Source of the DNA: Octopus vulgaris
Lineage: Eukaryota
Direction: 5' to 3'
Assembly: GCA_951406725.2 (NCBI GenBank)
Contig: OX597818.1
Coordinates: 114,266,001 to 114,330,000, forward strand
DNA length: 64,000 nucleotides
Each line of letters starts with the position of its first letter. Within the stretch, counting starts at the first letter, position 1. The notes below the pieces were generated by a model. The model searched no databases and had not been told where the DNA came from. It saw only the letters and a program-made list of their open reading frames with translations. Shown one piece after another: positions 1 through 13,127 of this stretch. Made by a program: the position numbers and the translations under genes.

Positions 1-414
1 AATAAATGGCACAACGAAGCACCGATATTTACTGGAAAATAGCGAACGTAATAAATACGACGCTAATGTATAGCTTCAGTGCGTATGTACTAGTAAAGAC
101 GCGTGTGTGCAACAAACATGAAAAAAATTATCTTACCTCTAGGAAGAACATCTGAAAAATGAAAAACCTAGAAACAGACTCTCCAAAATACGTCTGCCAT
201 ACGTATTTTGGAGAGTCTGAAACCGGTCCTGCATTATCCGTTTCTAGGTTTTTCATTTTTCAGATGTTCTTCCTAGAGGTAAGACAATTTTTTTCATGTT
301 TGTTGCACACACGCGTCTTTACTAGTACATACGCAGTGAAGCTATACATTAGCGTCGTATTTATTACGTTCGCTATTTTTCAGTAAATATCGGTGCTTCG
401 TTTTGCCATTTATT
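1..414. repeat. Fold-back inverted repeat (arms ~1-175 and ~240-414) around a hammerhead 3' half
   Basis: Arms are near-exact reverse complements (aataaatggc...ctagaaac / gtttctagg...gccatttatt); spacer holds a perfect hairpin agactctccaaaatacgt/acgtattttggagagtct followed by GAAA-CCGG-TC (219-228). Confidence 0.9.
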
Positions 415-489
415 TACTTTTATATGTATAATTTTACCCTTACGGGCTATCCTTTACTGGAAAGCAATACTCTCGTATTGCATTACTAT

Positions 490-531
<42 letters not shown>

Positions 532-688
532 ACGACGGTTTCTTTCAGTTTCCGTCTACCAAATCCACTCACAAGGCTTTGGTCTGCCTGAGGCTATAGT
601 AGAAGACACTTGCCCGAGGTGCCACGCAGTGGGACTGAAACCAGGAAGCATGTGGTTGATAAGCAAGCTTCTTACCACACAGCCACTG
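532..688 (-). mobile_element. tRNA-derived SINE group A, 5' half
   Basis: Reverse complement matches the head of the 12390-12792 copy (gtggctgtgtggtaag...gtcccactgcgtggc). Confidence 0.85.
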
Positions 689-894
689 TTCGCTTTGCAG
701 CCTCAGTTCAACAGCGAGACACCTTGGGCAATATCTTCTACTAAAACCAACTATCCGTACAGTATATAGAGAAGAGTTTTAACACGAGAAGATGGAATGA
801 ACAGATTTGTGATAAACCCCGTTCATTTCATCTTCTCGTGTTAAAATTCCTACATATATATGTGTGTGTGTGCGTGTGTATGTGAGCGTGTGTG

Positions 895-1018
895 TGAAGT
901 GGCTTAGTGGCTAGGGCATTGAACTCACGATCGCGTTGGGTCCTTCAGCCAGACACTTTATTTCACATCGCTCCAGGTCACTCAGCTGGGACCCTCATCG
1001 TCGTAACCGACGGAGTGT
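895..1018 (+). mobile_element. SINE group B, internally deleted copy
   Basis: tRNA-like head gtggcttagtggctaggg joined to the group-B 3' end ccctcatcgtcgtaaccgacggagtg. Confidence 0.65.
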
Positions 1019-1027
1019 TCCTTATAA

Positions 1028-1076
<49 letters not shown>

Positions 1077-1349
1077 GTGAAAAAACGGTATGGACGATTT
1101 GTTTTGGAGTCTCGCAATATCATGTACGCCTATGAGGATTTACTTTCCCAGTGAAACTCGGTTTTTTCTCAAACTTTTTCTCAAACCTGTTATAATGTGA
1201 TACATGTCTTTGGTGTGGTAATTGTACGCGGCTGAAGAAGGCTTTTGATCTACCTGTTATATCAATTATGCACTGATATAAGAATAAGTTGTTCAATAAA
1301 GCCCGAAACATATGTACCGCAAAATCCTTTGCGTCCTGTTTTTCTTTTG

Positions 1350-1441
<92 letters not shown>

Positions 1442-1443
1442 AC

Positions 1444-1485
<42 letters not shown>

Positions 1486-2110
1486 ATGGCAGATACTTGT
1501 GTGTTATGTGTGAAGGACAATTAAAATATTCTTTTTAGACAGGTTCTTTAATGACTTTGATGTTAGAACTTGCGTCTCAACCTCCAACTAATAATTAAGA
1601 CAAATAAAGTATCATATTGCTGGACTGTGTCCCAGTTTCAACACTCGGTTATAGCGTTACCGCTATTCCATTTCACCATTTCGCCACTAACAAGTGTATC
1701 AAAAGCATATATTATCACACAGCCTCATTTTCCTGTCCTATAAATCTAACGCTGTCAATCTGACCTCTTCTGAAATATGAGAAGTTGCCCTTATACAAAA
1801 ACAAAACAAATCTAAATCGATAATAATGTTCGAATAGTTTATTATCTTATTATCCCAACTTAAATGAAAAGCTACATTTCAAGTTTTACAACAGTTAGAG
1901 AATGGAATTCCCTTGATTGGTTAATGATCTCTCTGCTTGTAATTCGGGATCGGTTAGCTTCGCCATGGTCTTTATTTAATTATTTATTGTTTAGAGAGAT
2001 GGAATTGTGTTTCTCAACACCAAATGGAAGAAACAGAGGGATTCTGATGGAGATAAAAGAATTGGGCGAGGAGGGGTGTTGTGACATGCTTTGCAGACAA
2101 AGTGTTAAAT

Positions 2111-2168
2111 AATATATATGTGTGTGTGTATACATATATGTTTATATATATATATATACATATATGTT

Positions 2169-2220
<52 letters not shown>

Positions 2221-2356
2221 CATATATATATATATGTATATATATGTATGCATATATATATATGTATATATGTATATGTATATATGTGTATATATATATA
2301 TATATGTATATATATATGTATGCATATATATATATATGTATATATGTATATATGTA

Positions 2357-2452
<96 letters not shown>

Positions 2453-2488
2453 TGTATGTAAATATATATATATATATATTTATATATA
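2111..2488. repeat. Degenerate (TA)n/(TG)n microsatellite
   Basis: Dinucleotide array; source of the poly-IY ORFs. Confidence 0.95.
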
Positions 2489-2810
2489 CTAGATGGGTCC
2501 CGTGCCGTCAAAAATGACGGCTAATAGTAGTATTTTATATATAAATAAGGTACAAAACCAAGATTTTGGTTTAATAATTCTTTTATTACTAAATGTTTTG
2601 TGAAAAATCTATCGGCAACTAACATCCTTTGACTGCTTGTTTCCTTCAAAAGAATTTTCAAGTTTTCCCCCCTTCTTGTCCGACTTAAGGCCACATAAAA
2701 CTGGCCGTAACTAAATACGGGAGCTGGTAAGTAAATACCAAGTACACAGAGTTGAAACGCTGTTCGATTTTTCTTTTCAGCGTTGAATGTTAACCATTCC
2801 ATTTACTGGG
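2489..2810 (-). mobile_element. Helitron 3' end with PIF1-like helicase C-terminal fragment
   Basis: ORF 2521-2802 has GIYLPAPVFSYGQFYVALSR (PIF1/RepHel motif VI), followed on the minus strand by hairpin gccgtca/tgacggc (2504-2521) and terminal CTAG|T (2489-2492). Confidence 0.9.
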
Positions 2811-3011
2811 AAAAATGCAATTTAGAAATAATTAATCAAATTTCACAAAATAATATATATATATATATATAAATTAGAAACAAATCCACCTTATCTTTAA
2901 TCTTTCTATAATATGTAATTTTCTAGATGGTATAATTTAATTTTTCATTATTGAATTTATAAAAGGTGTTTCTTTCTAATTTTTATATATATATATGTAT
3001 ACATATGTATG

Positions 3012-3079
<68 letters not shown>

Positions 3080-3086
3080 GGAGTAA

Positions 3087-3124
3087 CTGTCTGATGAACG
3101 GCAACGAGAAACTCAGAGTAACAG
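3087..3124 (+). ncRNA. Minimal type-I hammerhead ribozyme motif
   Basis: ctgt-CTGATGA-a-cg gcaa cg-a-GAAA-ctc a gag-TA-acag: stem I ctgt/acag, short GNRA-capped stem II, quasi-palindromic stem III, GUA triplet; between (TA)n tracts. Confidence 0.75.
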
Positions 3125-3319
3125 ATTTTGTTGAATTTTCTGCTGCTTAAAATAAAGTATATATATATATATACCAACTGAAGTTTACAGGGACTCGAAC
3201 CTCATGTCACTATGATCTTCAAGCAAGAACTATATGCATACATACAATCATGCATGCACATGTATGCAGATTTTCTGTAAACATATAAGTATGCTATTAA
3301 ATGTGTGTATGTGTGTATG

Positions 3320-3356
<37 letters not shown>

Positions 3357-4730
3357 CTATATATATATATGCAAGTATACAAGCACACACACACACACAC
3401 AACTCCGCCACTGTTTTATAACCTTCTACAGTTTTCTTCACATCACCATGATGAAGACTCAACGTGGTCGATCGGCTTAAAATAACATCGAAATTTACAG
3501 CAAATAACATTGTAACTGTCTTGTCAAAGGAAATATGGCGCTGGTTAATGCTATCCAGTAAAGCTCTAAAACAGGACGACTACGGCTAGAATATGTGAGA
3601 TTACAGGCCTGCTCAGCCATAGTGAATATGACAAGACCACAACCCAGTAATAATGTAGGGATTCCTAGTATATGCTATTGACATGTTTGAGGTGTACCAA
3701 AACCGTTTTTATGGCTTCTTTACTCGTAAGACTCTTCACTCACTTCAAGACAGAGAGCCTGTTGTTGATGGTGTTTAATCCGATGTTAGCTGTAATCAAA
3801 CGCATTCACGGATCAGAAGTTTTCCGACTCTAACCATTCCATTCTTCTTTCGAGCATTGCATAGCTGGAACTGTATTATCAAAAATGGCCATTCCGTTTG
3901 AAAACGATATAATGTTCTTCGGATTTATTTGGATGTTATTTCTAGCGGGTTGAACCACTCCGAAAAAGGCCAAATATTTTCTTCCTGTGGGTTGTTGTTT
4001 AAGTCTAAGGCAGTCCTGACCAAGCTGACTTAGGCGCAAAGACATTCCAACTGTGGCCGTATGTAGGATTATATAGGACTACATTTGCCAGTGTATCATT
4101 TCCGTTTTCAAGATGTAAATCGAATGTGGTTTGAAGAACATCCACTGTTTGTTTCTAGCAGATCAAGTGACCACATAAAACTCTCCTCTTCTGGTAGTAG
4201 TTAGTGTCATACGTCCATTGGATCGCTGTAGTGGAACAGAGTAACCATCTAAGTTTGTATGTTATCGCTTTGGGTCTCTGAAACTGGTTGATACTGTTAT
4301 GGTCTTGTGGAACATTCGAGCCTGATTGGAAGGAAAAAGGAAGGGATATTCTATCCTAAGATTTTATCTGAGTGTTTGTAATAGAGTGGATGACCCCCAT
4401 TAAAGGTATCTAAGATTTCTGGTGATGATGTTAAACCGGGTCACGGATTAAGTCTACCGTCTATCAGAATCACGGTGGGATTTGAACTCAGAACGCGGGG
4501 AAGCCCAACAAATACTGATCTAAACGTTCCGTCATTCAATCGCCCTAGACAAACACTTTAATTACCGACTTCAAAAAGATGAAAGGCAAAAATATATTGG
4601 GATTCAAGGACGTTAAAACACTAGAGAGGTTTACCATTGCCCGAACCTTGCCTTCTTATAGATGCAAAGCTAACATTTACGGCCGATGAGACCCTTATTA
4701 ATTTTGTAGGTTACTTAGTTTTTAATGTTT

Positions 4731-5096
4731 TACGACGACGAGGGTTCCAACTGATCCGTTCAACGGAACAGCCTGCTCGTGAAATTAACGTACAAGTGGC
4801 TGAGTACTCCACATACACGTATACCCTTAACGTAGTTCTCGGGGAGATTCGGTGTGACACATAGGGTGACAAAGCCGACCCTTTGAAATACAGATACAAC
4901 AGAAACAGGAAGAAAGAGTGAGAGAAAGTTGTGGTGAGAGTGTACAGTAGGGTTCGCCACAACCCACTGCCGGAGCCTCATGGAGCTTTAGGTGTTTTCG
5001 CTCAATAAACACTCACAATGCCCGGTCTGGGAATCGAAGCCGCAATCCTACGACCGCGAGTCCGCTGCCCTAACCATTGGAGCATTGCACCTCCAC
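4731..5096 (-). mobile_element. SINE group B, full length
   Basis: tRNA-like head with A/B-box-like motifs (aatggttaggg; cttcgattccc); near-identical to 52989-53366. Confidence 0.9.
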
Positions 5097-5380
5097 AATA
5101 TATGCTTATGAATAGATTGAATGAATGACTTGGGACGTTTTTATAGTGAAACATATCTCTGAATAGGTGATGAAGTTTATTGATTTCAGATAGAAAATAT
5201 TGTAGTAGAAATAATATTCAAGCGCTTCCCAATGGCTTTCAGAGAACAATAGTGTAATACCGTTAGGTTTCCAGCTTATTAAATGTATTTCTAATTGTGC
5301 GTCTAATAAGAGATTGTCTGTGCCACTGAGGGCATATCAGATATCTCAATAAGTACCATTTTTTCAATGAAGTTCACGAT

Positions 5381-5890
5381 GTGGCTGTATGATAAGAAGC
5401 TTGCTTCCGGACCACATGGTTCCGGTTCAGTTCCACAGCATGGTACCTTGGGCATGCGCCTTCTACTATAGCCTTGGACCAACCAGAGCTTTGCACGGAA
5501 ACTGGAAGAAGACCGTCACCCGTTGTGTGTATATATATAAGGAGAATTCACAAAAAAAAGACGAAGACAGGTTGTGGAGACAACAAACAGATATATTAGT
5601 ATAAGGCTCGAGAAGTGAAAAAGTCTTTAACGTTTCGAGCCTACGCTCTCCCACAGAAAGGAACACGGGTATGTGTGTGTGTGTGCTTCTGTGTGTCCAA
5701 CCACCACCGCTTGACGTCTGATATTTGTATGTTTTCGTTCCCGTAACTTAGCAGTTCGGCTAAAAATAGGCTGATAGAATAAGTGTCAAGCTTAGGAAAA
5801 CTAAGTTCTGTGGTCGAGTCATTCGACTAAAACCTCTTCAAGGCAGTGCCCCAGCATCGCCGCAGTCTAATGGCTGAAACAAGTAACAGA
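5381..5890 (+). mobile_element. SINE group A interrupted by a hammerhead-bearing insert at ~5540-5667
   Basis: Group A head and 3' end (cagcatcgccgcagtctaatggctgaaac) flank an unrelated insert in the internal (TG/TA)n tract. Confidence 0.8.
5626..5659 (-). ncRNA. Degenerate minimal hammerhead (GAGC-gtag-GCTC family)
   Basis: Minus strand ttt-CTGTGGG-a-gagc gtag gctc-GAAA-cg-TT-aaa; core deviates from CUGANGA. Confidence 0.5.
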
Positions 5891-6204
5891 AAATATCTCA
5901 AGGCAAGATAGATACCCATACACGTATGGCAAACATCAGGGCTAAATACCATCCCCTGTACTTCAATAGTACTTTATTTTATCGACTCCAGAACTATGAA
6001 AGGCAAAGTTGTGTCTGAAATCCAAATTTCAAACCCCGCTAAGATAATTTTTAGGGTCGATAAATTAAGTACCACTTGCGTATTGGAGTCGATCTAATCG
6101 ACTGAGCCCCTCCCCCAAAAAGATAAAAGAAAGAACCATTTAAATACTGGAGTCGATATGCAGACATTTTAGCAAAAGTATGGATTATTTCGCTAAACAT
6201 TATA

Positions 6205-6327
6205 CGAGGGGTGTATGAAAAGTCTTGAGCCTCAAAAAATTAAAACATGGTACAAGACTTCTGTTGAAGGTACAAGACTTTAAAGCTCAAAGGCCTTGAA
6301 GGCTCAGAACTTTTCATACACCCCTCG
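6205..6327. mobile_element. Mariner-type MITE
   Basis: TIRs cgaggggtgtatgaaaagt / acttttcatacacccctcg with TA on both sides. Confidence 0.85.
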
Positions 6328-6491
6328 TAAGTAGTTCACGGTCGGATCAGTTTACGACTAGCGATAGCAAACTATCTATCCATTCATCCATCCGTCCGCC
6401 CGTCAGTCCGTCTTTTCATTCAGCCAATTGTCCGTTCGTCCTTCTGCTCATCTCTTCAATTCCATACAGATAACGGGATTATGAGTCGTGA

Positions 6492-6775
6492 CGGCGCGTG
6501 GCTTCGTGGTTAGAGTATTCGGCTCATGGTTGTAAGATCGTGAGTTCGATTCTCGGTGACCCGTTGTGTCCTTGAGCAAGACATTTTTATTTGACGTTGC
6601 TCCAGTTCAATCAACGGGCGGGCCAGCCTTGTCACGTTGAATCTCCCTGAGAATCTATGTTCAGGTTACACGTGTTTGTAGGGTGCTCAGCCACTTCCAC
6701 TTTAATTTCACGAGCAAGCGCCACGTTGATCGGATCCACTGAAACACTTGTCGTCGTATCCAACAGAGAGTTTTT
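6492..6775 (+). mobile_element. SINE group B body with alternative tRNA head
   Basis: B box gagttcgattc; body gtcacgttgaatctccctgagaa...gtgctcagccactt shared with group B. Confidence 0.75.
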
Positions 6776-7699
6776 CAGTTTGGCAGATACTGTTTGTAAA
6801 CTCGAGTCTTTAGTAGAAGATGCTTGTTCAAGTCGTACCAAGTAGGAGAGTCGAGGCTAGAAACAGGGTGGTTGCCAAGTAAACGTCTTAACTACAGGGT
6901 CACATTTGCTCCCTTTGTTGACTTAATTCCCAATCAACAATTGAGTAGTAACTCAATACTAGGTCAATAATATAAGTGTTTATGGCATAACAGAACCAAA
7001 GCTACAAACGGGGAGACAGCACTAATGTCAAATTGCATTGTAAAACACTCAAGCAAGTTTTCTCTTGCAAAATATATCTTCCAATGCAAACCACCTTTCC
7101 TCAACAAACAACAAAAATCAATATCTTCTCTATTGTTAATATTCAATAATAAGTAGGATAGATATTTATTAATTTATTTATCTTCTATATTCATTTATTT
7201 ATCTATTCACCTGTCCTAATTCCCTATGGAGAGAAAAAAATCTTGTTTGTTAAAATTATAAACGTTAATGGATTTTTTGCTAAAATATACTTCATCATAT
7301 TTCTTTGATATTATATTTGTTTTGTTTGCTTTGTATTTTATTTGGATCTTTGTTTGGTTGCTGGGCTGGGTGGTTGGTGGTTTTTGTTGGAAAAAAAAAC
7401 ACGGTTCAGGAAAAACCGGGATGGATGGAGTGGGGAAGGCTGTGCCGGGAAAGCAAATTTGTAGTGAGCTGTGGATGTGTATGATCCCTTTTCAATTCCC
7501 TTTGGACAAAACAAAAATCATTTCACCTAAACCAAATAATAACATTCATGCAGAGTACAGTGGATGCTGGAATCATTGGGGATGTACCAAATCCCTCGCG
7601 GCAATTTATACCTTTTTTTTTATATACCGAGTTAAAATCCCAATATTAAAGAACTGAGGGCGGTAAACTTACCGCATTTCCTGGTTCCCTTAAAATAAA

Positions 7700-8107
7700 G
7701 GCACAGGTGTGGCTGTGTAGTAAGAAGTTTCCTTCCCGACCACATGGCTCCGGGTTTTGTCCACTGCGTGGTTCATTTGGCTAATGTCTTTTACTATAAC
7801 CACGAACCGGCCAAAGCCATGTGAGTGGATTTTGGTAGACGGAAACTGAAAGAAGCCCGTCATGTGTATGTATGTATGTATATATATATGTATATAAGTG
7901 TGTTTGTGTGTGTGTCACCACCGCTTGATAGCTAGTTTTTTGTGTGTTTAATGCCCCGTTACTCAGCGGTTTGGCAAAAGATACAAAATAAGTAACAAGC
8001 TTAAAAAAATAATAAGTACAAAGTCGATTCGATCGTCCAAAATTCTTCAAGGTGATGTCCCAGCATGGCCTCAGTTTAATGAATGAAACAAGTAAAAGAT
8101 AAAAGAT
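7700..8107 (+). mobile_element. SINE group A
   Basis: Colinear with 12390-12792; ends tgaaacaagtaaaagataaaagat. Confidence 0.85.
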
Positions 8108-9369
8108 AAATTTCGAAACTTTACCTAAAGGACGATGGCAACAATTTGTCAATTTTAATCTCAGGGAAGGGTTCACAAGGGATGTGAATTGGAGCCCCAC
8201 CGTCTCCTTTTGTGTTTTTCTATCTAAAGGGCTTTTTTAATCAAATATTTTCACGCTTTTATTTAAGTTTCATCGGTTTCGATACCCACTATTTAAAAAA
8301 AAACAAAAAAAAAAAGAATTTTTATTTTTCGAAATTTCTAAGTGATAATTAATATACGCATTTACAGGTTCGAAATCGGAGCATCCTTGACTCGGGAAAA
8401 TATCGTATTTTATCTCCATCCCCAAATGAGTATCTTTGTATCTCAGAAATCACTTAAGGACAGTGAAGTGTATGCATTTATTGTAAATGTGAGCATCTGT
8501 TCTAAATTAGAAACAAAGATTAAGTTTACCATTTATTCTTCCAGAGTCGATAAAATAAATACCAAGTAATGTGGTTGATATAATGGATTGTCCCCTTCTA
8601 GTTTTGTGCTTGTATAAGAAATTATAATGAGTTCGCGAAGTGAAAGGAACAGATTGATGGAGAGAAGTTACTTTTGGGAAAATATTTACACTCAATTCTC
8701 CGTTTGGTGATAAAAATAAATACAATATTAGAAATAACCGCTTGTTATTTAGTCTCAACATTGTTGTTTAGTCTCAGATCGCCATCAGTGACCTTTCCAT
8801 CTGTTTTTTTTTTTAAACCTATACTATTAAAGATCATGCTGCTCTTCTCGCAAGCCGAGCGACCACATTGAGGCTCTCTTTATCTCGACAATCTACCTTT
8901 CTTTGACACTGCAGGAGAGAATTATAACGACAGTTGTAACTTCTAAGATATTTTGCAAAGAAAATTGCTTCAGCATAACCTCTGAAGTGTATTGGTAACA
9001 TAGACTTTCCTAGAGAAAAATACATGATATGTTTACGACACACAATAAGGAAAACAGAAATTATCAAGTTCGTGATAAAAGGGAAGAAGCCACATCATTT
9101 TAGGTATCTTAAAATATAACATCTTTATATTTTGTGTTCTTTACGGAGAGAACAATAACATCTACAGTGGCAATCTCGGCATGGAGTGGCAAGGGTTTTG
9201 CCATAAAAACAATTCGAAAGCTAACAAAAAAAAAAGTAGGCAACAAATTTTGATATTGTATCGAAGCAGCAATTTTATATTTTAAAAATTTTATTTACAT
9301 TGGTTTGGTCTTGGAGTAGAGAAAGAGGACTGTGTCCATGGCTTTCACAGATCATTTGAGAGCCGTCAG

Positions 9370-9720
9370 AATGTAGAGGCTAAGTTACTTTCAAATAGCT
9401 GCAAATGGACGACTGCAGGAAAAACATGTGCAGGTATTTCAGAGGTTTACGAGGTTACGGGATGTACATAATATGGGTGACGAGTGCAAAAGACGCAAGT
9501 GAATCAGGAATTCCGAGTTGGGGGTAGAGTGAGGCTTAGAGGACAAGAGGTCAGTGTAATAGACATTGAAAAAAATCAGAGACAGCAAATGTGCAGAAAC
9601 TTGTTAGGATGTGTTAGCGAGTGCTTCCTGACAATCAGCAGAGTAGGATTTTTTATGGTGTGGTGAAAAATGCTAAGCACTCACCAGCAACAGTAGAGAC
9701 AGAAGCGGCAACTGCAGCAC
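9370..9720 (-). pseudogene. Decayed 3' end of CR1/Jockey-group LINE ORF2
   Basis: Minus-strand translation retains ..HPY.. and PAHVFPAVVHLQLFES, resembling the LP..VFP..Y.L..FKS C-terminus; many frameshifts. Confidence 0.5.
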
Positions 9721-9814
9721 TCTGCGATTGTACAGTGCGATGGAATTCCAACCACGCTCCGTGGTTCGCTACTTCAACAGCTCCTTTATAGAAATTCAGT
9801 GGCTAAAGACATCA

Positions 9815-10260
9815 TCAGGAGGAACCACCTCCAGTTTCGGCCCCTAGTGCTCTACCGTTTCGACGTGACGCCCTCCTCCCGTTCGAAGGTGTCTTCTGCT
9901 CATTTTTTTCTTTCTTCTTTTTCTCTTTTCTTGGCTGTTTCGATTCAGCTGTAGAATGACCCTCGCTATGGTTTCTGTCCAGGAGGTTCTGGCCACACGT
10001 CTTCTGGTTTTTCAACCCGCGCTGTTGAATCACTTTCTTCTGACACACCTTCCCTTGGTGAATTCTCAGCCCTATGTAACATGAAAACACCTTTCCGTAG
10101 CAGCTGAATTCCTCATCTACCATTCCTCTATGGCTTCCTTTCTCGTTGTCCATTTCAGTCCGGGTCCATACATTTTCCCGTTCCTGCTCGATCCTTTATT
10201 CTACCCCCATGATCCGGGATCATAGGGCATGGTTCATCATGGTTACTTTGGGAACATTAC
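9815..10260 (-). pseudogene. Possible N-terminal zinc-finger fragment of an R2-superfamily (HERO/NeSL-like) LINE
   Basis: ORF 9815-10153 contains CYGKVFSCYIGLRIHQGKVC, like the CGK.C...RGLKIHQ..C finger of RLE LINEs; no RT follows. Confidence 0.4.
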
Positions 10261-10424
10261 TCAACTGCAGATATTTCCAGAACTTTGTAGAAACTTAATA
10301 ACTGCAATGACGCCTGGTTTTAGAGAAGAAGACCAATCAATGCAGTGAAGTTTTGCCTATGATGAGCATGTAGATTTATCAGGGGACATCCTAATGATAG
10401 TGATGGCAAGTGAATTAATAGCTA

Positions 10425-10672
10425 TGGTATTTGGTCCACGAGTATAAGGTTGTGAGTTCGATTCCCGGCAACGCGTTGTGTCCTGAAGCGAAACATATTT
10501 CATGTTGTTCCAGTTCACTAAGGTGGCAAAATGGTGGCTGAATCTATCTGAGAACTACGTTAAGGGCACGCGTGTCTGTGGAGTGCTCAGCCACTTGCCC
10601 GTTTATTTCAGGAGCAAGGCGTTACGTTGATCCGATCAGCTGTAACGCTCGTGGTCGTAAGCGACGGAGTGC
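10425..10672 (+). mobile_element. SINE group B (alternative head)
   Basis: gagttcgattccc B box and 3' end gtcgtaagcgacggagtg. Confidence 0.75.
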
Positions 10673-11264
10673 AAGTTAATGATAGCGAAGTAACCGAACT
10701 ACGGCAATTCATGAATACTTGATCGGGTGTCATTTTTCAAAAGGTGATAACAAATGGGCTATTACAGGCTATTGAGTATGAATAGCTACAACCAGGAACC
10801 GAACCAGCTTCCGGATTAACGGAAACATGCATATTTCTAAATGATGACAACGAAAGTTTCAGCATGCTTCGTTTTGTTGTTGCAGTTCGAGTGGCAGCGA
10901 AAGTTTGAGCAAAGCGTAGATTGGTAGAATTTGTGGTAAATTGTAAACAACATACTGTTTTAACATTGGTTTTCTTCAATGTTCCAGCCTAGGTGGACAT
11001 GCAGATTCCTTCGACCACGTAAAAGGTTTTCGTATGAATCGTCCTCCTTATAGTAAAGAGGGACTGGAAAAAATATTAGACGCATGTTGGGATAGTATAT
11101 GGATGTCGAGTAGACGTGGAAACAAAGACTTCTTGAAAATGGTAAGAAAATTTCAAGTGCCTGATGCATACGTACACATTGAGGCATACAAATGAACACA
11201 TACAAATGAACACATACACATACATACATACATGCATACATACATACATACACACATATATACA

Positions 11265-11329
<65 letters not shown>

Positions 11330-11469
11330 AAACATATATGCATACAGTTACAAGTATATATATATATGATGTGTTGTGAATTTATGGAAAGAAATTCCAC
11401 AAGACTCAACAATTTTGTTAAAAATGGAGAAGAGATGTTAAAATATATAAGAGAATTTTAATTCATGCA

Positions 11470-11560
11470 GACGATCGTTTCGTACAGAGATATAAAAATC
11501 ATGCAAATTCATGGTTGAATTGAATTGATTAAATTAATTATATATCACTATACTCTTCAA
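11470..11560 (-). ncRNA. Hammerhead-like motif with extended stem II
   Basis: Minus strand TTGAAGA-gtatagtgatata...tatatctctgtac-GAAA-cgatcg-TC; C3U core change and weak stem I. Confidence 0.55.
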
Positions 11561-11719
11561 CCCTTATGAAAAAAAGCGATGTGAGTCCAGTTAGCTGTAT
11601 ATATATAAACTTTAAATTTAATTGTTTAATTGTTACAGTTGAAAAAGTGTCTATGACTGAAACCGGTACTGAAATGTTTTTTATAAAATTATTTTAGCAT
11701 TTTCTATCTTGACTTTTTT

Positions 11720-11758
<39 letters not shown>

Positions 11759-12206
11759 CAAACACACGCACACACATGTATATATATATATATATATACA
11801 GCCACACATACACACACACACGCACACACACATATATATATATATATATACACCACACACAAGATTCAATATACAGTAGTTAACATTTCCCTTCCATTCC
11901 TTTTTCAGAGCTGTCGCTTCCACCACAACCTCTCCAATGGATTATTAAACCCATGCCGCCAGCGCCACCAGCACCCCTTGCTCTCCGTTGGCTTCCAACT
12001 CTCAGGAATACCCTGTTAGCAGGCCTGCTGCTCTATCGTTCATACAGCTAGGCAGGAGTAATATGAGCGATCATCCAAGTATAACTGGATAACTGAACGG
12101 GAATAGTCTCTCATCTTTTAATGATGATATTTTCTATGATATAGCCAACAAACAATACAAGCAATATATATATATATATACATGCTCTTTCTCTGTCCGT
12201 CTGCTT

Positions 12207-12272
<66 letters not shown>

Positions 12273-12389
12273 AAGCTAAAAGTGACTAGAAACTAGACGG
12301 AATCGTTTACCAGACTTGTCGCATTCGCAGTTACTTTCCTGCTCTGTCAGCACTGTTTAAGATTTATAAAGAATTTATATCCATATAAA

Positions 12390-12792
12390 GACGCAGGAGT
12401 GGCTGTGTGGTAAGTAGCTTGCTAACCAACCACCTGGTTCCAGGTTCAGTCCCACTGCGTGGCATCTTGGGCAAGTGTCTTCTGCTATAGCCCCGGGCCG
12501 ACCAATGCCTTGTGAGTGGATTTGATAGACGGAAACTGAAAGAAGCCTGTCGTATATATGTATATATATATGTGCGTGTGTGTGTATGTCTGTGTTTGTC
12601 CCCCTAGCATTGCTTGACAACCGATTCTGGTGTGTTTACGTCCCCGTCACTTAGCGGTTCGGCAAAAGAGACCGATAGAATAAGTACTGGGCTTACAAAG
12701 AATAAGTCCCGGGGTCGATTTGCTCGACTAAAGGCGGTGCACCAGCATGGCCGCAGTCAAATGACTGAAACAAGTAAAAGAGTAAAAGAGTA
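12390..12792 (+). mobile_element. SINE group A, full-length reference copy
   Basis: tRNA-like head (gtggctgtgtgg; ggttcagtccc), internal (TA/TG)n, 3' stem-loop cagtcaaatgactgaaac and (AGTAAAAG)n tail; more than 10 related copies in window. Confidence 0.9.
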
Positions 12793-13127
12793 ATATAAAT
12801 TTTAATTAATAGTAATTAAAAATAAATGTGTGCTTCTGACTGCAAAAGATCGTATGGCGATTATTGAGTGTAATTTGATTGTTTACAGGTGGAAGTATCT
12901 TCTCATTATTTATGCCATTATTTATTCATAAAAATTTAATTGATGACGTAAAATATGAAAGCAAGCTTATAAACTACAATAAGAACTACTAAATAACATG
13001 TTCCTTCTTTGTTATAGATTATACGTCATTTCCTTTGAGCTATAAATATAATATATTGTTAAAAACTACCTATGTGGAAAAGCGCTCGGATGTGTTTCCT
13101 TAATTTCCACAACTGGAAATTTCCAGG

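Noticed and set aside
10737-10979. Possible mariner N-terminal HTH relic; similarly weak TE-like ORFs at 50113-50481 and 55911-56114
   Set aside because: Resemblance too faint to call by eye; needs an HMM or frameshift-aware search.
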